This document shows, in pieces, positions 1-11,665 of a stretch of 64,000 nt of DNA; the first letter of the stretch is position 1; each line of letters begins with the position of its first letter. The position numbers and the translations under genes were made by a program. Origin of the DNA: Eledone cirrhosa. Taxonomy: Eukaryota. Where the stretch lies: NCBI GenBank assembly GCA_964016885.1, contig OZ024753.1, positions 39,804,001-39,868,000 of the forward strand, given 5' to 3'. The notes beneath the pieces were generated by a model. That model was not told the origin of the DNA. It made no database searches and was given only the letters and a program-made list of their open reading frames with translations.

Positions 1-372
1 CAGGCAGACACGGACAGGCAGACACGGACAGGCAGACACGGACAGGTAGACAGAGACAGGTAGACACGGACAGGTAGACACGGACAGGTAGACACGGACA
101 GGTAGACAGGGACAGGTAGACAGGGACAGGTAGACAGGGACAGGTAGACAGGGACAGGTAGACAGGGACAGGTAGACAGGGACAGGTAGACAGGGACAGG
201 TAGACAGGGACAGGTAGACACGGGCAGGTAGACACGGGCAGGTAGACACGGGCAGGTAGACACGGGCAGGTAGACACGGGCAGGTAGACACGGGCAGGTA
301 GACACGGGCAGGTAGACACGGGCAGGTAGACAGGCAGACAGGTAGACACGGACAGGTAGACACGGACAGACA
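1..372. repeat. 14-bp tandem minisatellite (CAGGTAGACACGGR-like)
   Basis: About 25 tandem copies of caggtagaca(c/g)gg(a/g), with blocks of variant units; runs off the left window edge. Confidence 0.95.
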
Positions 373-423
373 GATTGATTGGTTGACACATTGATTAGTT
401 GACAGATAGATAGATACATTGGT

Positions 424-600
424 AGATAGATTTCTTTATTTGCCACAAGGGCGCCCAAGAAAAGGGGACAAAACAAAGACACATACGGGGGATTTTACAT
501 ACAATCGTGTAAAAATATGAAACAAATATAACAATCGAAATCCCCAATAGGGGGAGGCGCTACAAATGGGTTGTTTAATACCCCGTAGATAGAACAACCC
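424..600 (-). mobile_element. 3' end of an interspersed retroelement (AATAAA plus (ATCT)n tail)
   Basis: Minus strand ends ...ttgtggcAAATAAAgaaatctatcta. Homologous pieces at about 19690-19770 (-), 60240-60295 (-) and, more diverged, 9785-9890 (+). Confidence 0.55.
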
Positions 601-2056
601 TCAGACAGATAGATTTGCATCACTAATTATATTATTGCTGTAGTTTTAGAGAAGTGTATTAGTTTGATTATTAATTTGCCAATTAATAAATGCAAGCAAA
701 TGTCAATTAATTATTCGTATATTGGATAGATAAGGGACCACGTGGGTGTGTCCATAGACTCTGATAGAAACAACTGAAGTGTGAATAATTAGTTAACAGT
801 GCGTATATTTATTAATTATTATCAAAATGAGAAATCACGAAACAAACAAAGCGAAAGAATATTATTAATCAAAACTTCAATGTTCCCGCGTATATCAGAA
901 ATGTGTTAATCAAATGCTAATGATCCTAATGAATCCTTAAGAAAAATGGTATTAATCTGGAAAATCTATTTTTTATTTTTTTTTTTAGAGAAATTCTATC
1001 TACTTTCTTTTATTTTTCTATCTATTTTTCTATTTTTTTCTGGCAAATATTATAACGAGTAATTTGATTATCTCAAATCTCGGTGAACAGGAATCCTCAA
1101 TCAATATTCCTACACATATCCATTAATCGTTGTTTGTCTCACTCAATATCTCTCCCTACAAATTATAGTTTTGTCACCGTTATTTCCTTCGAGACATGTT
1201 CTATTACTTCACATTTGTTTCTTCGATATTCTATATTTATTGATGTTCGATTTCAATGAGATCATTGTCCTTTAAGACTTTTGAATGGAAATCTAAAAAG
1301 TCACGAATATAATCCCGAATCAAAATCCTCAAGATCAATGTCTCTTCCGGGTTCGATAATTTCATGAAGGACTTCGTTTGTTTATTATTATTTTTGTTGT
1401 TGTTGTTGTTGTTTACGATTTCAGACCTCATTCGCTTTGAGTTTTGACATTTTCTAACTAATCTTTGTTGTCATAAAATATTAGTCACCCCTTGATATTT
1501 TATCTGTCAATTGTGAATTTCATTTCATTGAAATTTTCCAACCAAAGTATTATTAGATCGAAAACCCCAACGGTTATTGGAATTCAAATTCTTAGTGAAT
1601 TGTATACTTAAGTAAATGCCACTCTAACTTGATTTCACTACTAGTTCCTTTTGCTCAAAATAGTTTATCTAGTTGAATCACTAAAGTCCAAATATATTCC
1701 CATCTTAGCTTTGTTTTAGTTGCAATCAGATCAGACCTTTTATATCAGATTTAATGTCTAAAGTAATAACTTTTCATCTCCCTTTTATTACTTTCTACAG
1801 TGGTATTACTTTTTCTTGTAGACATTGTTACGCGAGCGTGTGGAAGAGAGATGTTTTAAATCTCAAATACAGTAGTAAATTTGTATATTAAGTATAGCAC
1901 ACCCGCTCGCATTGGTAAATGGCAATAAACGAAGATTGAGAAACGCTGTCAGATTAGCTTATCATTTATTGCTGTCTGCGAATGGTTTTCAAAGTAAAGT
2001 AATCAAATGTTATTCTGCGTAAAATGAGGGGGTGACAGTTACAATAAGTTGTATCA

Positions 2057-2477
2057 TCTATATATCTAAAACAGAGAAAGTCTGTCTGTCTGTCTGTCTG
2101 ACTCCCTAAAACTCAAGAACCATCCAACCGATTGTTTTCAAACTTTACACTTGAAATACTTATGGTCATGTGAGTGTTGTGAGCAAAAAATATTTCAAAT
2201 TTTCAATATTTACTTCTGCGTTCAGATGGATTTAAAATTTTTTTTTTTATTATTTAACGTTAAGCGTGAAAGCAGCGATTCTTTGCTTAAACTTTAATTT
2301 GTTATTTTAATATAAATACATATATATATATATAAATAATGATATATTCGTGTACAGATATTTTTGCATACACAATAACAAAATATAAACAAACGTATTT
2401 ATTTCACGAGGCTCGATAAGGATAAATATATAAGAACCCTAGAGTAAATCCCGAGCAACGCCGGACCATTCTGGTAG
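2057..2477 (+). mobile_element. Non-autonomous Helitron-like element
   Basis: Starts TCTATATATCTAAAA after an A, has (GTCT)n near the 5' end, a GC-rich subterminal hairpin cccgagcaacgccgg and a 3' end GTAG (degenerate CTAG) followed by T; no TSD. Confidence 0.7.
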
Positions 2478-2654
2478 TAGTAATTAAAACCGCGGTAATA
2501 AAGGAATAGTTATATAATATTTGTTTTAGACCATGTTTAATCAGAAGAGGAAAGGCAGCTCGCATAACTATTTCCAGGGTCTCTGAGATAAATGAAGAGA
2601 AAGAGAACGTTATCCTTAGACCTAAGACTTGATCTGAATGCTAATAGGACAGGA

Positions 2655-2790
2655 CACCAGTCCATCACAGAGACATGGCTCTTCCAGCGCATCTCTCTTA
2701 CCATCCTCCGGGGAAACGCCTTCTCCATTCTGTGCGCCGGGCTGTGGGAGCGGCCAACACGTGGGACCCTATTTGCTCACTATACAGAGA
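2655..2790 (+). mobile_element. CRE-like non-LTR retrotransposon, C-terminal fragment
   Basis: Encodes WLFQRISLTILRGNAFSIL, the C-terminal motif of CRE-type restriction-like endonuclease ORFs; homologous to 3160-3265 (-) and 7130-7245 (+). Confidence 0.75.
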
Positions 2791-2949
2791 GATGGGGAAG
2801 GCGAGAGAGATGGGGGTGATGACGATGGGAGTTCGGCTCTTCCGCGTTCGGACACATTGTACCTGCCATGTGGATGTCTTTCTAAATTAAGATACACACA
2901 TATTTGTAAAATATTTCCTTTGTCCTTAAAAACAATTTTGTTCTATGTG

Positions 2950-3085
2950 AGTATACACACTCCCCAACTATTTCTGGTACTCATCTTTAGCTGATTATAA
3001 TGGATCAAAATGAAATAAAGTGTTTTTCTCAAGAACACAACACACAACCTAATCCAGGAATCGAATCCACAACGTTATGATCGAT
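2950..3085 (-). mobile_element. tRNA-derived CORE-type SINE, interrupted by the CRE fragment (head resumes at about 3725-3780)
   Basis: Minus strand has a B-box-like ggattcgattcc followed by tgtgttcttgagaaaaacactttatttc; homologous to 34700-34945. Confidence 0.55.
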
Positions 3086-3098
3086 TTGTTATGCTTGT

Positions 3099-3720
3099 GT
3101 TTTTTTTTTTATGATTCACAAACATTTATTTACAATAGTTTATAACTTTGCCTATTAATCCGTATGGTGAGCAAATGGGGTCCCACGTGCTGGCCTCCCC
3201 ACAGCCCCCGGACAGAATGGAGAAGGCGTTTACCCGGAGGATGGTAAGGGAGATGCGCTGTCATTCCAATTCGCGAGGCTCACACCTGCGGCTGGCTAGT
3301 TCAGCACCTATGGTGATGAATAGGGAGGTAGCCCTAGTGCCAAAGACACCAGAAGTCTCCACTGCCAAGAGCACGACCGCGAACCTGTCGGAGAGCGACC
3401 GGTACTTGGAGAGTTTGGCCTCCTCAGCCCAACGTGCAGCAGTACTTGGGTTAGTCACAGACTGCACCAGGTTGCGGCTGGAGAAAGTGTTGTTGCAAGT
3501 GGCATCCCAGACGAGGGGTTTGCCACCGCGGAACGGGAAGATGGTCATACCGTCTGGCCTGTTGCCATTCCCTCGGTCCAGCCCTACCGGCTCGAGCTGG
3601 GAGGGGAAGCCTGCAGCTTCCAAATCCTGCTTAATGACCTCGTTGAGGCCAGCATGGCGTGGAAGGCGGCCGAAACTGTGGCGACAGGAAAGCGGATGGA
3701 GTCCGAAAGAGTCCACGGTG
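3099..3720 (-). mobile_element. 5'-truncated CRE-clade non-LTR retrotransposon (zinc-knuckle remnant, restriction-like endonuclease, 3' UTR); pseudogenised
   Basis: ORF 3716-3261 has H-x3-C...RH..LN, RPDG, WDATC, K..KY and VETSG motifs. After an in-frame stop it continues QRISLTILRVNAFS. The 3' UTR (taaactattgtAAATAAA) is shared with 7250-7280, and an A-run lies at 3099-3110. Confidence 0.85.
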
Positions 3721-4489
3721 GATCGACAGCGACATTATGATCGTAAGTCTAACAATCGTACGACGAAGCCACATTCCTTCACCTTCCATGAACGACTTTA
3801 TTTTGTATGTAGGTGTCGTGTGTTCGTGTATATAACAGTAAGCTGTCTATTACACATGTCAATGAAAACATCTGTCCACATTCACTGAGTTATATGATAC
3901 ATGGTATTAATGTAATATTCCCCACTTGGTTATTCACACCAGTCAACATTGAATAATATTATGTTTGAAGAAAATAAGGAAGGTAGGTCATGAAAAGAAC
4001 ACCTTTGATCATAACTCTGTACAGTTAGAGTAATTTGAGACTAAAAACCACCATCATCACCGTCATCACCACTAACACCGCCACTACTTACATCAACACT
4101 ACTACTACTTTTGCACTCATTTTATTTATCTCACGCAATCCTGGGATAAACAGAAGTTAAGAGTTTGGCCTTTCATGACGAAAGGTGAAAAAACATGATG
4201 GAGAATACAAGAATATTGTGATGTTCATGCCGTCCTACAACTTCTTGTCAGACCACTTTATTAAATTCAATACTACAGAGGAACATAGCATAAAAAAAAC
4301 GCAAAGAGACGCACCTTTCATTGAGTTCGCCCAACGAAACGTACGTCCTTGCGTTTAAACGTGTTAGGTTTTCGTTGTAGTATTACATTTAATAAAACTC
4401 CGCCCATCGAATAAGTTCTCTACACCTTAGATATACTTACCAAATCATTACTAATATAAATATATATAAATGAAAATAGAGAAATTAAT

Positions 4490-4670
4490 TGTTTCTACTT
4501 TAGGCACAAGGCCAGCAATTACCCAGTGCATTACTGGTACTTTATTTTATCGATCCCGTAAGGATGAAAGGCAAAGTCAACCTCGGCGGGATTTGAACTC
4601 AGATCGTAAAGGGACGTAACTATGCTGGAAAGCATGGCGTCCGACCCTCTACTGATACTGCCAATCCACC
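4490..4670 (-). mobile_element. Full-length tRNA-derived SINE with Nin/Deu-like central domain
   Basis: A-box-like tggcagtatcagt, B-box gagttcaaatccc, central gcctttcatccttacgggatcgataaaataaagtaccag, tail agaaacaatt; flanked by the direct repeat agaaattaat (4480-4489 and 4671-4680). Confidence 0.85.
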
Positions 4671-4920
4671 AGAAATTAATGTGAGCAAGACAAGAAGCCA
4701 ACAGTAATTCATAATATATGACTATTACTTCAAGATGGAAAATATTTAACGTAAGATGTGAGAAAATAATTCAATCTCAATTCAAAAAAAAAGTCAAAAC
4801 AGAAATTTATCCACAGATTTTGTGTAATCCAGGGAAAAAAAACCCAATAGTCTTAACTCAGAATAAAATTAAGGGTAAATACTTATCCTTCAATTTGGAA
4901 AAATCTACAAATATATATAA

Positions 4921-4963
<43 letters not shown>

Positions 4964-5039
4964 CGCTTTCATCAGATAAAATACAGATTTGTTTTATTTT
5001 TTTCCGGGTATGTCAATATTTATTTATAAAACAAATCTG

Positions 5040-5079
<40 letters not shown>

Positions 5080-5189
5080 GGTGTTGGTGTTGTTGTTTTA
5101 CAGCTCACATCTATGCAGGTTTAGCTGGCCTCCTCCAAGGTATATCTCGTTGGAGGTGTCTTGGGTAATTTAATGATAGGGACCCCAGT

Positions 5190-5320
5190 CCTATCATATT
5201 TCTACAACTGAATAAACTGGAGCAACGTAAAATGAAGTGTCTTGCTCAAGGAAACAACACACCACCCGGTCCGATAATTGAACTCACAACCTTTCGATTG
5301 CAAGCCCAATGCTCTAACCT
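5190..5320 (-). mobile_element. tRNA-derived CORE-type SINE fragment
   Basis: Minus strand ggttagagcattgggc...gagttcaatt...ccttgagcaagacacttcattttacgttgctccag. Confidence 0.65.
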
Positions 5321-5342
5321 TATATATATATGTTATATAAGT

Positions 5343-5458
5343 TTATCCCGGGTTCAATCGGGGGTAACCACAGTAAGGTACTCAATACATAACGGAGTAT
5401 AAATATTTAATATAGAAATGGCTTCCTGATGATTTCTCCCGAATGAAACAGTTCTAGT
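5343..5458 (+). mobile_element. Family A hammerhead-bearing element with 3'-truncated ribozyme (core at 5426-5448)
   Basis: cccgggttcaatcgggggtaaccacagtaaggtactcaatac is shared with 44650-44720, 44826-44890 and 16525-16612. It is followed by gcttc-CTGATGA-tttctcccgaat-GAAA-cagttctag and then (TA)n. Confidence 0.7.
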
Positions 5459-5463
5459 TTATG

Positions 5464-5499
<36 letters not shown>

Positions 5500-5656
5500 T
5501 TGTAATAAAATGAAAACGAAATTTCATTTCTCACTCTTAGTACGGCACTTACTGACCGATTTAACTCACTCGATATGCAAATTAGGCTGCTCAGCCGTTA
5601 ATTTTTATAAGGAAAGTATATACTTTCGAACGTTCAACTATCTGGCAGATGGGTAT

Positions 5657-5699
5657 ACGGTGCTGATGATAGCTAACAAGCTTGAAACTAGTACATCGT
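5657..5699 (+). ncRNA. Minimal type I hammerhead ribozyme (family F)
   Basis: acggtg CTGATGA t-agc-taacaa-gct-t GAAA ctag TA catcgt. Stem I is 6 bp (one GU), stem II 3 bp, stem III is the palindrome ACTAGT, cleavage triplet GUA. Confidence 0.8.
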
Positions 5700-5865
5700 T
5701 CCTGTGTCAGTGTTGAACAGGGGGGTGACGTGGTTGCCTTAACACCGTGCGGCATAAATTCAGGCTGTTCAGTTTGTTTACAAACGAACAAAGCGGCGTT
5801 ATAATAAGCGTCCGCTAAACTGATACGTACATATATGTATGTGTACCTGTATGTATATGTGTGTA

Positions 5866-5905
<40 letters not shown>

Positions 5906-6147
5906 TGCTACTGTACGTCTGTATACATATATGTATGTACGTATACATACTTACTTACATATATATATATATATACATAATCAGAAAGGGTGTAGTAAAA
6001 CTCCAGGTGGACCATAACCCCTCAGAGTACTCGATACTTGGGGTAGTAGAGTGGGTAATATGTCGAAACGGCCGGAGCTCAGCGGTTGAAGTCCTGAATA
6101 TTTTCATATATATATATATAGTTCATTTTTTCATTACCATTATTAGC

Positions 6148-6232
6148 GGTCCGACGAGCTGCGGATTACAGAGTCGGGATAGATCGATACAGATCGAACC
6201 TTGTGCTGATCAGTGGCGAAACGCGCGTCACT
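6148..6232 (+). ncRNA. Degenerate type I hammerhead-like motif with long stem II (family E)
   Basis: ggt CCGACGA gctgc...gtggc GAAA cgcgcg TC act. The core has C in place of U4, stem III is the palindrome ACGCGCGT, and stem I is only 3 bp. Confidence 0.4.
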
Positions 6233-6747
6233 AACCAGTAAACGTAATGGAGTAACCAATCGTCCTTATTTCATTTCACCACACGCACGCGCACGCACAT
6301 GCGCGCATGCATACGCACACGCACATGCACATATATACTCTTTTACCCTTTTACCTGTTTCAGCCATCCGGCTGAGGCCATGTATTTATATATTTATATA
6401 TATATTTATGAAATATCAACACGATATTCCATCATTGAAGTGCTAACATTTGCAGTCTATTGAGAGTTCGTTGATAGAACAATTAGGTTGAAACCAGCTG
6501 AAAACGATTGATAAAAATCTCAAATGCTTTCATATATGCTTTTCTGTCTGCAATAATGTCCGTCGGATGTTTATTAATGCTAATTAGATAATATCTTTAC
6601 ATTGTATAAGTAGCAGTTAGTCTTGCTATGGGCAACACTTATAGAAGGAATTTGACACGTTCTACATTACTGATATTAATTCATTTATAGAAGGGGGAGA
6701 ACTGAAAAAATAGAAAATAGAAAAAAAGAAAAACATGTGACCTAGTG

Positions 6748-6960
6748 GCAGAACTGTCCATTCTCCCCCGTCGGACGGGGAGATCTACCCTAAATGGAGA
6801 GTATTGTGGAAAAAGTTCCCCAAAACGCGGAGAAATGAGGCAAAATGGGGAGACTTTACATAAGGTCTATCCCCATTTTCACGAGAGAAGACATCTCTCA
6901 CTCACCCCAAAGTGGATGGGAGATCTTCCCCCGTCGGACGGGGAGAGTTGACAGGTCTGC
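6748..6960. mobile_element. MITE-like DNA element with terminal inverted repeats
   Basis: Left end gcagaactgtccattctcccc matches the reverse complement of the right end ggggagagttgacaggtctgc; cccccgtcggacggggag occurs near both ends. An inverted homologue lies at 11950-12144. No clear TSD. Confidence 0.7.
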
Positions 6961-7069
6961 AAAATATTAGTTAAACTCAAAGAAATAAAGTAAAAAAGAA
7001 TGGAAAAAACAACAACAAAATGAAATAAATAAAAGAAAGAATGAAAGGAACAATAAAAAGAAACTCTAC

Positions 7070-7282
7070 TTGTGAATTCACCACCATAGGCGCTGAGCTG
7101 GCCAACCGCAGGTATGAGCCTCGTGAGTTTGAATGGCCCTTCCAGCGCATCTCCCTTACCATCCTTCGGGAAAATGCCTTCTCCATCCTGTCCGCCGGGG
7201 CTGTGGGAATGCCAGCACGTGGGACCCCATTTGCTCACCATACGGAATAATAGGCCAAGTTATAAACTATTGTAAATAAACC
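7070..7282 (+). mobile_element. CRE-like non-LTR retrotransposon 3' fragment
   Basis: Encodes TIGAELANRRYEPREFEWPFQRISLTILRENAFSIL, then a stop and a 3' UTR with AATAAA matching 3120-3160. Confidence 0.8.
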
Positions 7283-7669
7283 TATTTACGTTTAATACCC
7301 AATAGCATGTATGAATACACAGCAAAATAAAAAATGTAGTATTGTTTTTTACCTGTGTGAAAAAACATGCTTATAGATTGTATGATAAAAAGCAGAAAAC
7401 GTATCTGCGACATGATTTATAGACTTATGACTTAAAACATTATTTTCTTTATCATAAAACAAAGAAATTAGATGCCATTATATTACGTTTCGTTCGTATG
7501 CAGAACCTGAAACCGACCAGTTTGCTGACGAAGTCGACCCTTCCCCCTCCTTAAACGAAACAAAACAAAGGCAGTTTTAAGACAGACAGTAATTTGATAT
7601 AAGTTGCATACCGATGAATTAGCAAGAAAGTAGGCATGTTTAGAGTTAATATAGGTACGTAAATGAGGG

Positions 7670-8340
7670 CAGTCTGGTGGCAGTATTGGTAGAGGGTCGG
7701 ACAACATGATTTATGGCTTAGAGTTACGCCCTTTTACGTTCTGAGTTCAAATTCTTTGCTTTCCATCTTGACGGAGTTAATAAAATAAAGTACCAGTTAC
7801 GTATTAGGATCGATTAATCGACTTTCCCTACCCGTGTGTCTAAACCAGAAACTAATATAAGTACACAAATAGAGAGAAAACGTGGTGAAATTGATAACAT
7901 TTCACTTTAAAGTCATGCGGTGGGATTTGAAGTCATAAAGTTGAGGGCGGTGGGATTTGAACTCAGAACTGAAAAGTATGTAACGAAATGCCACATTTGA
8001 ATGCTTCTATCTTCGAAAGATTCTACCACACACCACTCTTTAGTTAAAAACAAAGAATTATGATTTCTATTGTGGAAACAGGCCCCCTTCGTCTTAGGGC
8101 GTGAATGTAATCCAGTAAATCGAGGGTGATATTTTACTGGTACTCAAAGAGATCACTTTGCTCTAAGTATTTGGATTAAATCGATCCTGATACTTGAACC
8201 TTATTTCCTTTTATCGACTCTGAAACGAAGAAAGACATAATTGACATTGGTAGGATATGATTTTAGATCGTAAAGTTCCGAAATCAATGCCGCAAGGCTT
8301 TTTGCCCGACACTCTAACGATTCTGCCAATAAACCGCCAA
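7670..8340. mobile_element. Cluster of diverged tRNA-derived SINE copies and heads (both strands)
   Basis: Forward copy 7670-7855 (tggcagtattggtagagggtcgg...gagttcaaat...gtaccag), reverse heads 7915-8035 and an older reverse copy 8060-8340. Confidence 0.65.
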
Positions 8341-8459
8341 TGATTTCATTTTATGAGAGGAAATTATTAAAGAAGTAAGAAGAGTGAAACAAGAAAAAAA
8401 CAAATGTGAAGCAAATCAACCGCAAAGATAAGAGAAAATGTAATTTGGCCTTAAATAAT

Positions 8460-8567
8460 TGTTTCTACTTTTTGGCATAAGGCCAGCAATAACCCAGTGC
8501 ATTACTGGTACTTTATTTTATCGACCTTGTAAGGCAAAGTTAACCTCGGCGGGATTTGAACTCAGAA
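8460..8567 (-). mobile_element. 5'-truncated SINE with 14-bp TSD
   Basis: SINE body from B-box to tail, flanked by tggccttaaataat on both sides. Confidence 0.85.
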
Positions 8568-8702
8568 TGGCCTTAAATAATGATTTCTAATTTAGGTATA
8601 AGGTCTCCTATTGGATACGTAGATTTAAACCTCCGGGCTTTGTTGAACTTAGCCTAATCTGGTCATGTTTTCGGCTTGAAGATGACTTCATTATTTCCTC
8701 TT

Positions 8703-8815
8703 CTGAGTTCAAATCCCGCCGAGGTTGACTTTGCCTTTCATCCTTACGGGGTCGATAAAATAAAGTACCAGTAATGTACTGGTTAATTGCTGGCCTTGTG
8801 CCAAAAGTAGAAACA
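8703..8815 (+). mobile_element. 5'-truncated SINE with 13-bp TSD
   Basis: ctgagttcaaatcccgcc...gtagaaaca, flanked by attatttcctctt on both sides. Confidence 0.85.
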
Positions 8816-9354
8816 ATTATTTCCTCTTTGCAGACAGTTTAACATATTGAAGTCATTGATTTCTGCCAGCCGAATTTCAAACTCAAATCCTGGGTATAAC
8901 TGAGGCATTGATCGAACCTGAGATATGAATACGAAGAAAACTACTTAACCACTCGGCTACACCTGCGTTTTATTTCATTCAGTCCATTAAGCATTACTTG
9001 TTAGGTTTATGGGTCAGCTAGAAAAATATCAACTACCAGCTATTGACGTAACTTCTACTCTTTGGTGCAGAAAGAAATTGACGTTGTAATGTAAACGATA
9101 CATAAACGATAGATATACAACTGTCAGAGACAGGACCACCTTGACACAAATCACAAAAGTACTGTAAACGCTGTTTCCCCAACATTAAGGTTAATCGACT
9201 GTAAAGATAAACAAAACAAGAACAACTACTAGAACTACATTAATAACAATACCAACAACATAGACAACAATATCAACCACAACTGTATTAGCACAACGGA
9301 GATGTTTCTTTCACGTGAAAGTGAACCAAGTACATACAGCCATTATCTATCTCA

Positions 9355-9736
9355 GAGAATTAGATTGACAGAGTGGGTGGAGTGTCAGATAAATATATCG
9401 GCCTATTTTTTCCAGTTATTTACGTCTCGAGTTCAAATCCCGCCTAGGTCAACTTTGCCTTTCATCCTTTCGAGGTCAGTAAAATAAAGTACCAGTGATG
9501 CACTGAGAGTAATCGTTGGTCTTGTGCCAAAAGTAGAAAGTCTAAGGGCGGTGGATTGGCAGTATCGGTAGAGGGTCGGACGCCATGCTTTGCAGTATAG
9601 TTACGTCCCTTTATGATCTGAGTTCAAATCCCGTCGAGGTTAACTTTGCCTTTCATCCTTACGGGGTCGATAAAATAAAGTACCTGTAATTCACTGGGAT
9701 AATCGCTGGCTTTGTGCCAAAAGTAGAAAATTATTA
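9355..9736 (+). mobile_element. Two head-to-tail tRNA-derived SINEs
   Basis: Older copy 9355-9540 and full-length copy 9546-9736 (gggcggtggattggcagtatcggtagagggtcggacgcc...). Confidence 0.85.
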
Positions 9737-10044
9737 TCTATGTAAAAATATCAATTGATTTAATGATCACACTCTTTTACTCTGTGTAACCCCCTCCCCC
9801 CACTATTTGTTGTTTGGTTTCTGTCATATTCCGCCTTTGTACTTTCTCCATAATATTAGGGGCCCCTTATGGCCAATAAAAGAAATCATTATATAATGTA
9901 CCATTATCGTTATTATCATGGTTATTTTTAACATTTATTATCACTTGTTTATCATGTTTCAGTGACAGAGAGAGAAAAAAAATACGGATCGTTTGTTTTA
10001 TTTTATTTTAATGATATATATATATATATATATAATATATATAT

Positions 10045-10106
<62 letters not shown>

Positions 10107-10374
10107 TATTTTTTTTTTTTGACGATTTTAATGTTTATTGTAGCGATATTATTAAAAAAAGCAATTTAGTTTTTGTCTCACGTGGTTGAGTATAAAAGCC
10201 ATTTGTAGAAGTAAAGTGTGGCGGTGGATTTGGTTGGCAGCATTAGCAGCGCATCTGACAAAATGTCCTTTCTTTCGTTAGAGTTGACGTGAAGAGAAAT
10301 AACAAGAAAAGCAAGAAAAACACCCCAAAGACAAACAAAAAAACCAAGAACAATTTAAGTTCTCAATAGTTCGT

Positions 10375-10835
10375 TTGACGAATTGGCAGAGTCGTTAGAA
10401 CATCGGATAGAATGCTTTATGGTATTCATTCCGGCTCTTTGCTCCCGGAGTTCAAATCCCGCCTAGGTCAACTTTGCCTTTCATCCTTTCGAGTTAGAAA
10501 AAAAAAAAGTACCAGTCTAGTTCTGGTGTCGATTCTTTCTCTATATCTCTTTCTCATTTCCTCTCTCTCACTTACTCTGGAAAATAATTGTTTCTATTTT
10601 AGGCACAAGGCCAGCAATTATCCTAGTGCATTACTGGTACTTTATTTTATCGACCTCGTAAGGATGAAAGGCACAGTTAACCTCGGTGGGATTTGAACTC
10701 ATACCGTATAATCTGCTGTACTCGGGCCTGGAGATAAATGGACTCCACCAGACTTAAAATGCCCAAGAAAGGCCGTATGTCAATACGGCGCCCCTATGAC
10801 TCTATCAGGAGTTACGGGACCTTACATCATACACT
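10375..10835 (+). mobile_element. Long-tailed SINE subfamily with a nested reverse SINE fragment (about 10585-10705)
   Basis: tRNA head, central domain, CT-rich linker and tail ctgctgtactc...ggagttacgggaccttacatcatac; the same tail occurs at 17155-17300 (-) and 19850-19990 (+). Confidence 0.7.
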
Positions 10836-11094
10836 CATACTGTGTTATCAACAATAACAAACTGGACTGTTACTTGTTCGAAGACTGCAACAGGATTTGA
10901 ACTCAGAGCGCAAAGAAAGGAAACGACTACCGCAATATGACTTTGTTAATTCGCCATTGTACCTTTGTAAGAAATGTAGTAGTGCGTATCTAAAGTGAAG
11001 TTAAGTTTTCAACGACTCTGAAAGCAGCCAGCCGAATAAGTTCTCATGCTTTAGCTATTTCAGATTATATACATCAAAGATAAGCCTCATGTGA

Positions 11095-11320
11095 TCTCGA
11101 GTGATTGAAGGATGTTCTACGTGGTTGAACGACATGCTAGAAATAGCTGCCAAATCTCCATCAAATCACACGCTATCGTCTTATGTCGACAATGGCTAAT
11201 GCAGTTTCTTTACATACAAAGGTATATGGTTACAAGTGAAACGTTTTTGATCACATGTAGGCTTGAAAAGATCGGGTTTAGGTGTAAACGACAACATAGG
11301 ATGTTGTTTGTCTTGTGTAT
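11095..11320 (-). repeat. Interspersed repeat of unknown class (gatttggcagctatttctag motif)
   Basis: The motif gatttggctgcta(t/a)ttctag...accacgtagaggctc recurs at about 17520-17660, 18600-18850, 50000-50360 and 62640-62775. Confidence 0.55.
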
Positions 11321-11454
11321 TTGAATATGGTTGTGACAAGAAGAATAGCGGCCTTTTCTGTTAGATGAGTCAAATTACTCTTCTACAAGTCGGTGATTAT
11401 AAAGATTGATATGTACATACAGAATGAAGGAATCAGTCACTCTATCAATCAGTC

Positions 11455-11665
<211 letters not shown>

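Noticed and set aside
1040-1431. 64-aa minus-strand ORF with protein-like continuation
   Set aside because: It is interrupted by several stops and a frameshift and has no motif I can recognise; it may be a decayed transposon ORF but cannot be supported.
3148-3888. 246-aa plus-strand ORF
   Set aside because: It is the antisense shadow of the GC-rich CRE endonuclease fragment.
7520-7565. CTGACGA...GAAA spacing suggestive of a hammerhead (also isolated CTGATGA at 35365 and 38424)
   Set aside because: No stem I, II or III pairing and no correctly placed UH site could be found.
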